Under the pieces are notes generated by a model. The model did not search any database. It saw only the letters and a program-made list of their open reading frames with translations, and was not told the origin of the DNA. A stretch of 64,000 nucleotides of DNA from Planctomycetota bacterium (GTDB taxonomy: Bacteria; Planctomycetota; J058). The position numbers and the translations under genes were made by a program. This document shows positions 56,130 through 64,000 of this stretch, one piece after another (position 1 is the first letter of the stretch; the number at the start of each line of letters is the position of its first letter). The DNA lies in contig JBFWYD010000026.1 in the NCBI GenBank assembly GCA_050186825.1, forward strand, positions 2,677-66,676. Reading direction: 5' to 3'.

Positions 56130-57553
56130 CGCCCGCCGCCCTCCCGCTCCCGGCCCTGGTCGTGGTCCTGCCGCTGGCCTGGGCGCTGCTCACCGGCCTC
56201 CAGCGTCGGCCGCTCCTCGCCTGGCGGCTGGCCATCGCCGGCGCCGCGCTGGAGCTCGGCCTGGCCGTGGGCCTGGCGCTGCTCCAGCGCGCGGCGCCGG
56301 AGGGGGCCTTGGCCGACCCGCTCCTGCCGCGCGCGCTGGGGGTCGACGGCCTCTCGGCGCCGCTGCTCGTGTTCCAGTCCGCGCTGGCCCTGGCGCTGGT
56401 GGTCGGCTGGCCGCGCGAGCGCCGGACCCCGCGCCTGCTCGGCGCGCTGCTCGCGAGCGAGGGCGCGCTGGCCCTGCTCTTCGTCGGGCTGCGCCTGGAC
56501 GTCGTGTGCCTGGCCTGGACGCTGAGCTTCGTCCCGGCGCTGGCGACCCGCGGAGAGGGGCGCGGAGAGGGGGCGAGCGGGTCGCGGGCGCGGCGCCCGC
56601 TCCTGGTCCTGGCCGTCGCCTCGTCCCTCCCGCTCCTGGTCGCGCTGGCCCTCGCGGGCGGCGGGGCCGACGGGGGCCACCTGTTCGGACCCGGACCGCG
56701 GCGGGCCGTGCTGGCGCTGGTCATCGTGGCGGCCTGCGCCCGCACCGCGGTGTTCCCGCTCCACGGCTGGCTCCTGCCCTCCTTCGGCGGCGGCGACCTG
56801 GTCCTGCCCCTGTTCCTGCTCAGCGCGCGGCCGGGGGTCTACCTGCTGCTGCGCGCGGCCGCCGATCTGTCGGCCGAGCTGGCCGAGGTCCACCCGCTCC
56901 TGCTCGCCCTGGGCGCCTGCGGGGCCGTCTACGGCGGGCTGCTCGCGCTCGCGCAGACCGACCTGCGCCGGCTGGCCGGCGCGCTCGCGATCAGCCACTC
57001 CGGGCTGATCGCGACCGGGGTGTTCTCAGGCACGCGCGACGCGGGCGTGGGGAGCTTCGTGCTCTGGGTCAACGTGGGGCTGGGGCTGGCCGGGCTCGCC
57101 CTGGTCGGCGTGGCGCTCGAGGCCCGCTTCGGGCGCGAGCGCCTGCTCACGGCCCGCGGGATCGGCACCCGCCTCCCGGGGCTGGCAGGGGCCTTCCTGC
57201 TCTGCGGCGCCTGCTGCGTCGGCTTCCCCGCCACCCTCGGCTTCGTGGGGGAAGAGCTGGTCATCCGCGCCGTGCTGCGCGAACAGCCCGTCTCGGCCGC
57301 CGCCCTCGTGCTCGCGACCGCGCTCAACGGGATGGCGCTGATGCGCGCCTACCTGTGGCTGTTCCTCGGCCCGGCTCCCGCCGACCTCCCAGCGCCGCCC
57401 AGCCTGCGCCCGCGCGAGCGCGCGGTCCTCGCCACGCTCGGCCTGGCGCTGGTGCTGTTCGGGCTGCGGCCCGGGCTCCTGGTCGAGGCCGGGGCGGCCG
57501 CGGCGGTCGCCGTCCGCCTCCGACCGGACCAGGACGTCCCCGACCATCCCTGA
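56126..57553 (+). CDS. second, more divergent NuoM/N-like antiporter subunit
   Basis: ATGA overlap with the upstream gene. About 12 TM segments. ...ARTAVFPLHGWLLPSF... aligns by eye with the ...K..PFH.WLPDA... region. Confidence 0.75.
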   Translation: MTPAALPLPALVVVLPLAWALLTGLQRRPLLAWRLAIAGAALELGLAVGLALLQRAAPEGALADPLLPRALGVDGLSAPLLVFQSALALALVVGWPRERRTPRLLGALLASEGALALLFVGLRLDVVCLAWTLSFVPALATRGEGRGEGASGSRARRPLLVLAVASSLPLLVALALAGGGADGGHLFGPGPRRAVLALVIVAACARTAVFPLHGWLLPSFGGGDLVLPLFLLSARPGVYLLLRAAADLSAELAEVHPLLLALGACGAVYGGLLALAQTDLRRLAGALAISHSGLIATGVFSGTRDAGVGSFVLWVNVGLGLAGLALVGVALEARFGRERLLTARGIGTRLPGLAGAFLLCGACCVGFPATLGFVGEELVIRAVLREQPVSAAALVLATALNGMALMRAYLWLFLGPAPADLPAPPSLRPRERAVLATLGLALVLFGLRPGLLVEAGAAAAVAVRLRPDQDVPDHP

Positions 57554-57555
57554 GG

Positions 57556-57569
57556 GTGTGGCGCCACAC
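57556..57569. promoter_or_regulatory. perfect 14-bp palindrome GTGTGGCGCCACAC, candidate activator (UAS) site; half-copy at 57597-57610
   Basis: The palindrome is read directly. It lies about 100 nt upstream of the sigma-54 promoter. The second copy GTGTGGCGCCGCTC is 41 bp downstream. Confidence 0.4.
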
Positions 57570-57665
57570 CCCACCTGGACCCTGACGCCCTCGCGGGTGT
57601 GGCGCCGCTCCCCACCTCCTCTGCCCTGGGAAGGGGCACATGACCAGGAGATCACGTCCAGGGCG

Positions 57666-57681
57666 TGGCACCGGGGTTGCT
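57666..57681 (+). promoter_or_regulatory. sigma-54 (-24/-12) promoter
   Basis: TGGCAC-CGGGG-TTGCT matches TGGCAC-N5-TTGCW exactly, upstream of the kinase/NtrC-type operon. Confidence 0.55.
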
Positions 57682-57944
57682 ACGGGTGTCCGGCAGAGGG
57701 ATCACGCCTCGACCCCATGATTCCCTCCGCCTGGCCGGCAGTCCCCGAGGGCTGCCGGCCAGGCACTTTTCCCGCGGTAGGCCCGCCTCCGCTCCCGCCC
57801 TTGATTCCCAGGCGATCAGGTCCGCTCCCGCGGCGGTGCGCGCCGCCGCCGAGCGAGACGGCGGCCCTGTGTTTGCGCTCCCGGTTGGCAGCATGACCTT
57901 GTGTGGCATTTTGGTACGCCAGCCCGAGCGAGAGGCCAAGTCGC

Positions 57945-59354
57945 GTGAAGGTCGTCTATCGCCTCGCGAGCCTGCTCCTGCTGGCGGACTGCCTGGTCCT
58001 GGCGAGCTTCGGCGTGCTCACCGTGCGTCGAGAGACCCAAATGTTCGAGACCACGCTGATCGAGGACGCGCGTCTGATCGGCAGGACCCTGCGCTCGGCC
58101 CTCGAGGAGGTCGCGCGCACCGAAGGCACCGCGGCGGTCGCTAGCATGGTGCACGACGCCAGCAGCCACGTCGGCAAGGTCGACTTCCTCTGGCACTCGG
58201 AGGGGGCGATCCCGCTCGACGCCGAGGACCGCGGCCGGCTCCTCGAGGGGAACGAGGTCGTCCTGCTCGAGCGCGGCGACCCGGGCACGCTCCGGCTGTT
58301 CCTCCCGCTCGCCCTGCCCGACCGTCCGCTCGAGGCGCTCGAGGTGCGCGAGTCGCTCCAGCGCGAGGAGGACTACGTGCAGCGCACGGTGGCCCGGATC
58401 GCGGCCACCACGGCCTTCCTGGTGTGCCTGAGCGGCGGGCTGGCCTTCTACATCGGCCTCCGGGTCGTGGGTCGCCCGATGGAGCACCTGGCCGAGACGG
58501 CCCGGCGCGTCCTGCCCGACCCGCCGCAGCGCCGGGACGAGATCGGGCAGCTCGCGACCGCCTTCACCGAGATGGGCACCCAGCTCCAGGCGGAGACCGA
58601 GCATCGCCGCGAGGTCCAGGCCCAGCTCCGCCACGCCGAGCGGCTGGCCACCATCGGCAAGCTGGCCTCCGGGCTCGCGCACGAGCTGGGGACGCCGCTC
58701 AGCGTGGTGCTCGGCCGCTCGCTCGAGATCGCCGAGGACGAGCGCTGCCCGCCCGCGCTGGCCCAGCCGGCCCGGATCGTGGTCTCGCAGGCCGAGCGCA
58801 TGTCCGGGATCATCGGGCAGCTGCTGGACTACGCGCGCCGCGGCAAGCCGCGCAACGAGCCGGTCCGCGTGGGCGACCTCGTCCACGAGGTGGTCGGCCT
58901 GCTCGGGGCGCTGGCCCGCCGCCAGGGCGTGACCGTGGAGGTGCTCCCCAGCGGGGAGCGCCCAGGCCAGGAGCCCCCCCTCGAGGAGACGACCGTCCAG
59001 GGCGACCCGGAGCAGCTCCGCCAGGCCCTGACCAACCTGGCGGTCAACGCCATCCAGGCCTCGCCCAGGGGCGGGCGCGTCACGCTCTCGGTCCGCCACG
59101 AGGAGCGGCGCGAGCCGCTGGGCGCCTGGGAGGTGATCAGCGTGGAGGACGAGGGCGTGGGGATCGCGCCCGAGGACCTCCCGCGCGTGTTCGAGCCCTT
59201 CTTCACCACGAAGAACGCGGGCGAGGGGACGGGGCTCGGGCTGGCGGTCTCGCACGAGATCGCGACCGACCACGGGGGTTGGATCGAAGTGGAGAGCGAG
59301 CCGGGGCGGGGCACGACCTTCCGGCTCTACGTGGCAGGGGAGGCGCTCGCATGA
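57945..59354 (+). CDS. sensor histidine kinase (two TM segments, HAMP-like linker, HisKA, HATPase_c)
   Basis: H-box SGLAHELGTPL, N-box NLAVNAIQA, DEGVGI, GTGLGLAV. GTG 57945 after GAGAGG is preferred; the ORF opens at GTG 57903. Confidence 0.85.
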   Translation: MKVVYRLASLLLLADCLVLASFGVLTVRRETQMFETTLIEDARLIGRTLRSALEEVARTEGTAAVASMVHDASSHVGKVDFLWHSEGAIPLDAEDRGRLLEGNEVVLLERGDPGTLRLFLPLALPDRPLEALEVRESLQREEDYVQRTVARIAATTAFLVCLSGGLAFYIGLRVVGRPMEHLAETARRVLPDPPQRRDEIGQLATAFTEMGTQLQAETEHRREVQAQLRHAERLATIGKLASGLAHELGTPLSVVLGRSLEIAEDERCPPALAQPARIVVSQAERMSGIIGQLLDYARRGKPRNEPVRVGDLVHEVVGLLGALARRQGVTVEVLPSGERPGQEPPLEETTVQGDPEQLRQALTNLAVNAIQASPRGGRVTLSVRHEERREPLGAWEVISVEDEGVGIAPEDLPRVFEPFFTTKNAGEGTGLGLAVSHEIATDHGGWIEVESEPGRGTTFRLYVAGEALA

Positions 59355-60775
59355 GCCACGTCCTGGTGGTCGACGACGATGCCGAGATGCGCGCGATGCT
59401 CGCGGCCGCCTTGCGGCGACGGGGCTACGAGGTCACGACCTCCCGCGACGCGAACAACGCGCTCGGGGAGCTGAGCCAGCGCTCCATCGACGCGATCGTG
59501 ACCGACCTGCGCATGCGCGGGCTGGACGGGGTGCAGCTCTGCGACCGCGTGCTCGCGAACTACCCCGGGCTGCCCGTGATCGTGATGACCGCCTTCGGCA
59601 GCATGGACGCCGCGGTCGCGGCCCTGCGCGCCGGCGCGGCCGACTTCCTGGCCAAGCCCTTCAAGCCGGACGTGCTCGACCTGACCCTGCGCCGGGTGCT
59701 GGCCCACCAGGAGCTGGTCGAGGAGGTCTCGCGCCTACGCGAGCGCCTGGAGGAGGAGCCGCCGGCCTTCGGGGAGATCGTCGGCCAGGGCGCCGCGGTC
59801 AAGGAGCTCTGCCAGGTCCTCGACCGGGTGGCGCCCACCGAGGCCAACGTGCTGATCCTCGGCGAGACGGGCACGGGCAAGGAGCTGGCCGCGCGGGCGA
59901 TCCACGAGCGCAGCCCGCGGGCCGGGCGGCCCTTCGTGGCCCTGAACTGCGCGGCCGTCCCGCCGGCCCTGCTCGAGAGCGAGCTGTTCGGGCACCAGCG
60001 CGGCGCCTTCACCGACGCGCGCACGGCCCGGGCGGGGCTCTTCCAGCGCGCGAGCGGCGGGACGGTGTTCCTGGACGAGATCGGCGACATGCCGCTCACG
60101 CTCCAGGTCAAGCTGCTGCGCGTGCTCCAGGAGCGCACGGTCCGCCCGCTGGGCAGCGACAAGGAGGTGCCGGTGGACGTGCGCCTGCTCGCGGCCACGC
60201 ATCGCGACCTCGAGGAGGCCGTCGCCTCGGGCGACTTCCGCGAGGACCTCTACTACCGGCTGAACGTGGTCCAGGTCCAGGTGCCGCCCCTGCGCGCGCG
60301 CGGCAACGACGTGCTGCTGCTCGCGCAGCACTTCCTGGATCGCTTCGCCCAGCAAGGCCACAAGCCGGTCACCGGCTTCTCGACCGAGGTCGCGCGCCGG
60401 CTGCTGGACTACGACTGGCCGGGGAACATCCGCGAGCTCTCGAACACCATGGAGCGGGCCGTGGCCTTGACCGACCACGACCGGGTCATCGTCGAGGACC
60501 TGCCGCCCAAGCTGCGCGACTACCGGGCCCCCGCGGCCGCGGCGCTCCAGGAGTGGTCGGGGTCGCCCCCCGCCGCCGTCACCCTCCCGCCCCTGCCCGC
60601 CCCGAGCGGCGAGGAGGCGGAGGAGCTGGTGCCGCTCCAGGTGGTCGAGCGCCGGCACATCGAGCGCGTGCTCGAGGCGGTCGGCGGCAACAAGGCGCGC
60701 GCCGCGCGCATCCTCGGGCTGGACCGCAAGACGCTCTACCGGCGGCTCGAGCAGTGGATGGCCGAGGGGAGCTGA
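59351..60775 (+). CDS. sigma-54-dependent response regulator (NtrC family)
   Basis: REC (VLVVDDD...IVTDLRMRGLDG), AAA+ (GETGTGKE, GAFTDA, GGTVFLDEIG, RELSN), C-terminal Fis-type HTH (GNKARAARILGLDRKTLYRRL). ATGA overlap with the kinase gene. Confidence 0.9.
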   Translation: MSHVLVVDDDAEMRAMLAAALRRRGYEVTTSRDANNALGELSQRSIDAIVTDLRMRGLDGVQLCDRVLANYPGLPVIVMTAFGSMDAAVAALRAGAADFLAKPFKPDVLDLTLRRVLAHQELVEEVSRLRERLEEEPPAFGEIVGQGAAVKELCQVLDRVAPTEANVLILGETGTGKELAARAIHERSPRAGRPFVALNCAAVPPALLESELFGHQRGAFTDARTARAGLFQRASGGTVFLDEIGDMPLTLQVKLLRVLQERTVRPLGSDKEVPVDVRLLAATHRDLEEAVASGDFREDLYYRLNVVQVQVPPLRARGNDVLLLAQHFLDRFAQQGHKPVTGFSTEVARRLLDYDWPGNIRELSNTMERAVALTDHDRVIVEDLPPKLRDYRAPAAAALQEWSGSPPAAVTLPPLPAPSGEEAEELVPLQVVERRHIERVLEAVGGNKARAARILGLDRKTLYRRLEQWMAEGS

Positions 60776-61022
60776 CAGGGCCGACCCGCTTGATGCGATG
60801 GGACCCGTGCCCGACCTAGCCGATGACAAGCTCGCGAAGCGAGACGCTGAGCATGGGAGGTAGGCCGAGCTACTGGGCCAGGGCAGCTATGGGCACCGCT
60901 TCGCTGGGCACGGGCACGGGCACGGGCACGGGCACGGGGTCCCCCACTCGTCCAGTGGCTGGCACGGGCAGGAGGTTCCTTCGTCCTCCGGACTCCGGGC
61001 GAACACCTGGCAGAATCCCGGG
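60773..61022. repeat. intergenic mosaic repeat (copy R4) containing (GGGCAC)5GGGG
   Basis: Starts at the TGA with TGACAGGGCCGACCCGCTTGATGCGATGG. The GATGACAAGCTCGCGAAGCGAG module is shared with 28955. Six G-tracts at 60906-60939. Confidence 0.75.
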
Positions 61023-62438
61023 ATGCCCAGCTACCAGCGCGTGACCCCCGCCCTGCTCGAGGACCTGCGCGCCGCCGTCGGCGCCGAGCACGTCAAGACC
61101 GACGCCGAGACCCTCGACGCCCTCGGGCGCGACTTCACCGAGGACCTCCATCACCCCCCCGAGGTCGGGGTGTTCCCCGGCAGCACCGCCGAGGTCGCGG
61201 CGGTGCTCCGCCTGGCCAGCGCGGCGCGCGTCCCCGTCGTCGCGCGCGGCGGGGGCACGGGCCTCTCGGGCGGGGCGATCCCGGTCCAGGGCGGGGTCGT
61301 GCTCTCCACCCGCCGCCTGGACCGGATCCTCGAGATCGACCGCGACAACCTGGTCGTGGTCACGCAGCCCGGAGTGATCACGCAGGTGCTCCAGGAGGCG
61401 GTCGAGGCCGAGGGGCTGTTCTATCCGCCCGACCCCGCCAGCCGCGGCTCGTGCGCGATCGGCGGGAACATCGCGGAGTGCGCGGGCGGGCCGCGCTGCG
61501 TGAAGTACGGGGTGACCAAGGACTACGTGCTCGGGCTCGAGGCCGTGCTCGCCTCGGGCGAGGTCCTGCGCCTGGGCGGCAAGCTGCTCAAGGACGTGAC
61601 CGGCTACAACCTGATCCAGCTCCTGGTCGGGAGCGAAGGCACCCTGGCCGTGGTCACGGAGGTCACGCTCAAGCTGCTCCCGCTGCCCCAGGAGACCCGC
61701 ACGCTGATGGCGCCCTTCCCCTCGCTCGAGGCGGCGGCCGCGGCGGTGGCGCGGATCTTCCAGGCCGGGATCGTGCCCGCGACCTGCGAGCTGCTCAGCC
61801 AGCGCGCCCTGCGCGTGGCCGAGGAGCACCTCGACCGCCGCTTCCCCGACGAGGTGCGCGCGGCCGAGGCCTCGCTCCTGCTCGAGGTGGACGGCAGCCA
61901 CGAGGCGGACGTCGAGCGCGACGCCGAGCGCCTGGGCGAGCTGTGCCTCGAGCTCGGCGCGGCCGACGTGCTGCTGGCCGGCACCCCCGAGCGCGCCCGC
62001 GAGCTGTGGGCGATCCGCCGCGCCATGGGCGAGGCGGTCAAGTGCCAGGGCGACTACCGCGAGTACGACGTCTCGGTGCCGCGCGCCCGGATACCGGCCG
62101 CGCTGCGGGCGGTGGACGAGGTGCTCGCGCCGCTGCGCGTGCGGGCGCTCTCCTACGGGCACGCGGGCGACGGCAACCTCCACGTGAACGTGCTCCGGGA
62201 CGAGCTCTCCGCCGAGCGCTGGCGCGAGGTGCTCGCCCAGGCCGGGCCCGAGATCGTGCGCCGGGTCGTGGCCCTGGGCGGGACGATCTCGGGCGAGCAC
62301 GGGATCGGGCTGATCCAGCGCGACCTGGTCCCGCTCCAGCTCGGCGCGGCCGAGCTCCGGCTCTCGCGCGCCATCAAGCAGGCCTTCGACCCGCTCGAGA
62401 TCCTCAACCCGGGGAAGGTCTTCCCCGCCGCGGACTGA
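61023..62438 (+). CDS. glcD: FAD-linked oxidase (GlcD/D-lactate dehydrogenase family)
   Basis: ...VVARGGGTGLSGGAIP..., GGNIAECAGGPRCVKYG, VGSEGTLAVVTEVTLKL, ISGEHGIG. Confidence 0.9.
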   Translation: MPSYQRVTPALLEDLRAAVGAEHVKTDAETLDALGRDFTEDLHHPPEVGVFPGSTAEVAAVLRLASAARVPVVARGGGTGLSGGAIPVQGGVVLSTRRLDRILEIDRDNLVVVTQPGVITQVLQEAVEAEGLFYPPDPASRGSCAIGGNIAECAGGPRCVKYGVTKDYVLGLEAVLASGEVLRLGGKLLKDVTGYNLIQLLVGSEGTLAVVTEVTLKLLPLPQETRTLMAPFPSLEAAAAAVARIFQAGIVPATCELLSQRALRVAEEHLDRRFPDEVRAAEASLLLEVDGSHEADVERDAERLGELCLELGAADVLLAGTPERARELWAIRRAMGEAVKCQGDYREYDVSVPRARIPAALRAVDEVLAPLRVRALSYGHAGDGNLHVNVLRDELSAERWREVLAQAGPEIVRRVVALGGTISGEHGIGLIQRDLVPLQLGAAELRLSRAIKQAFDPLEILNPGKVFPAAD

Positions 62439-62657
62439 CCGCGCCGACCGCGTGATTCGCTGGCGCTGGTGCCCGTGAGGCCGCAGGGGTCGGTAGCCAG
62501 AAACACGGAACAGGAACAGCAATGTCAACGGGGAATGGTCCCCATGCATGCATTTCCTGTTTCCGGTCGCTGTTGCTGTCCCGTGTTCCTCCTGACTCGC
62601 TGACTGCGCGGGAGCCTGCGCGGCGGCGTCGCGCCGACGCCGCCGCGCTCCTGGGCG
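62436..62657. repeat. intergenic mosaic repeat (copy R5) with AACACGGAACAG.AACAGCAA hairpin
   Basis: Starts at the TGA with TGACCGCGCCGACCGCGTGATTCGCTGG. 62502-62522 opposes 62573-62587. Homologous to the inner arms of the 28744 copy. Confidence 0.75.
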
Positions 62658-63335
62658 CTACCCGCGGACGCCCTGGACGCGGCGCAGCCGCTGGGAGTCC
62701 TCGGTGTTCGCCTCGGCCAGGGGCACGTACTGCCCCTGCTCGGCGTCGTAGCAGAACACCTCGCCGGTCTCGATCTTGTAGACCCAGGCGTGCAGGCGCA
62801 GGTCGCCGCGCGCCAGGGCCGCCGCCACGCTCGGGTGCGTGCGCAGGCTCTCGAGCTGCACCAGCACGTTCTCCTCGACGGCGGCCATGTGCAGCCGGTG
62901 CTTGTCGTGGGCCAGGTGCTTGTAGTTCTCGGTCACGATCCGCCGCGTGGTCTCGGCGTTCCGCAGCCAGGCCGCCACCGCCGGCACGTCCTTGAGGCTG
63001 TCCGGGTCCAGCAGCGCGCCCATCGCGCCGCACAGGCTGTGGCCGCACACCACGATGTGCTCGACCCCGAGCACGGCCACCGCATACTCGACCGTGGCCG
63101 CGGTGCCGCCGCTCCCGTCCGCGCCGTAGGCCGGGACGATGTTCCCGGCGTTCTGGAGCTCGAAGAGCGTGCCCGGCTCGGTCTGGGTGATCAGGTTGCT
63201 GACCACCCGCGAGTCCGAGCAGGTGATGAACAGGGCCTCGGGCTTCTGGGCGGCGATCAGCCGCTCGAAGACCTCCCGGTGCGAGCCGAAGACCTCGTTC
63301 TGGAACTTGTGGACGCCTTCCACGAGCTTCTGCAT
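62658..63335 (-). CDS. can: beta-class carbonic anhydrase
   Basis: ITCSDSRV and [10 protein letters not shown] zinc-ligand motifs; 225 aa. Confidence 0.9.
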   Translation of the reverse strand: MQKLVEGVHKFQNEVFGSHREVFERLIAAQKPEALFITCSDSRVVSNLITQTEPGTLFELQNAGNIVPAYGADGSGGTAATVEYAVAVLGVEHIVVCGHSLCGAMGALLDPDSLKDVPAVAAWLRNAETTRRIVTENYKHLAHDKHRLHMAAVEENVLVQLESLRTHPSVAAALARGDLRLHAWVYKIETGEVFCYDAEQGQYVPLAEANTEDSQRLRRVQGVRG

Positions 63336-63567
63336 GTCTCTGATCCTGGGCGCCTCGCGCCCCGCTGTCTCGTTTCGCTGCGCGGGCCGGCGCGGCGGCT
63401 CAGGACGAGCCTACCTCCGCGCGCGGCGTCGCCCGCTCACGCGGCGAGCGGACGCACGACCCCGGGGTGTGGCGCCGAGGGACCGGGGGACCGCGGCGAG
63501 CGCGACGGGGACGGCCGCGCCGTCCTGCGCCTCACTGGCCGCGCCGGGCTCGGCGCGCGCGGGTCGG

Positions 63568-63888
63568 CTAGCAACGACGGGGCCGGTGCCAGGTCTCGGC
63601 TCGGAGGCCAGGGCTGCGGGGCGTGACCCGCCGCAGCGCCTGCGGGCGGGGAGTCGTCCCCGCGCGCCGCGCGCGCGCCTGAGGCCGAGCGACCTGCGCC
63701 GGCGCCCAGGGGGTGACGGCCTCGAGGCCCTCGGCGCGCTCGGTGAGCGCGAGCTCCTGCTCCTCGAGGTCGGCGTCCAGCCAGCCAGGGCACAGGCCGC
63801 CGCCGCCGAGCAGGCAGCCCAGCACCAGGGCCAGGGCGGCCAGGCAGCCCCCGAAGGAGCGGGCGAGCGCTTCGAACCTGCGGCGCAT
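63568..63888 (-). CDS. possible small membrane/lipoprotein-like protein
   Basis: ATG 10 nt after the stop of the upstream minus-strand ORF. Hydrophobic CLAALALVLGCLLGGGG segment. The Arg/Pro-rich tail lowers confidence. Confidence 0.35.
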   Translation of the reverse strand: MRRRFEALARSFGGCLAALALVLGCLLGGGGLCPGWLDADLEEQELALTERAEGLEAVTPWAPAQVARPQARARRAGTTPRPQALRRVTPRSPGLRAETWHRPRRC

Positions 63889-63898
63889 GGCCAGGAGT

Positions 63899-64000
63899 CT
63901 AGCAGGCGGCCCCCTCGCGCCACAGCAAAGTCGCCCCGCAGCCGGCGTCGTCCCCGGGGGCCGGCGGCGGCCCGGGGACCCCGACGCCGTCCAGTGGCCG
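63899..64000 (-). CDS. 3' end of a CDS entering from the right edge
   Basis: Open frame ...LDGVGVPGPPPAPGDDAGCGATLLWREGAAC ending at TAG 63901..63899. Nearly all third positions are G/C. Confidence 0.4.
   Translation of the reverse strand, partial: RPLDGVGVPGPPPAPGDDAGCGATLLWREGAAC

Noticed and set aside
57903-57944. Longer histidine-kinase start at GTG 57903 (MAFWYASPSERPSR...).
   Set aside because: The GTG at 57945 has a GAGAGG 9 nt upstream and starts directly at the first TM segment. The longer form cannot be excluded.
60823-61044. 73-aa ORF containing GTGTGTGTGTG across (CACGGG)n.
   Set aside because: It is a translation of the hexamer repeat inside a repeat-family copy. It has no RBS and overlaps the glcD start.

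Overview
Very GC-rich bacterial chromosomal window; third codon positions are almost all G/C. The gene content (several Ser/Thr kinases, an FHA protein, a sigma-54 activator, PilT, histone-H1-like AKP repeats, large coiled-coil proteins) suggests a Myxococcota-type genome, but this is inference only. I support about 50 CDS. Housekeeping genes: lipA, folC, a HIT protein, an RlmD-like methyltransferase, nadD/asnS, rplU-rpmA-obg, pilT, mutM, glcD and a beta-carbonic anhydrase. Clusters: a Wzm/Wzt plus twin-GT2 glycan cluster; an FHA-protein/MlaE/MlaF-like/MlaD operon; an ApbE-DUF2271/PepSY pair; and a DabA (DUF2309) gene followed by two NuoL/M-like antiporter subunits, next to a histidine kinase/NtrC-type pair. 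No intact rRNA or tRNA gene, CRISPR array, transposase or integrase was seen. Observations most worth a second look: (1) the only ABC ATPase in the Mla-like operon has every catalytic motif degenerated and carries repeated TLPD motifs, and the gene just upstream encodes an FHA protein; (2) a non-OB-fold protein ends in an SSB-type Gly-rich linker plus DDDIPF tip; (3) nadD runs in frame, without a stop, into asnS; (4) a 660-nt non-coding stretch holds tRNA half-molecules, including a 3' half followed by a perfectly complementary 5' half (permuted cloverleaf); (5) a 12-13 unit tandem array of 43-47 bp hairpin units follows pilT; (6) a mosaic intergenic repeat family with (CACGGG)n arms starts exactly at the TGA stop codon of four genes; (7) a consensus sigma-54 promoter with a palindromic upstream site lies before the kinase/activator operon, and that site's 13-nt core recurs upstream of the carbonic anhydrase gene. 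All protein calls are by-eye motif recognition; no database search was run.
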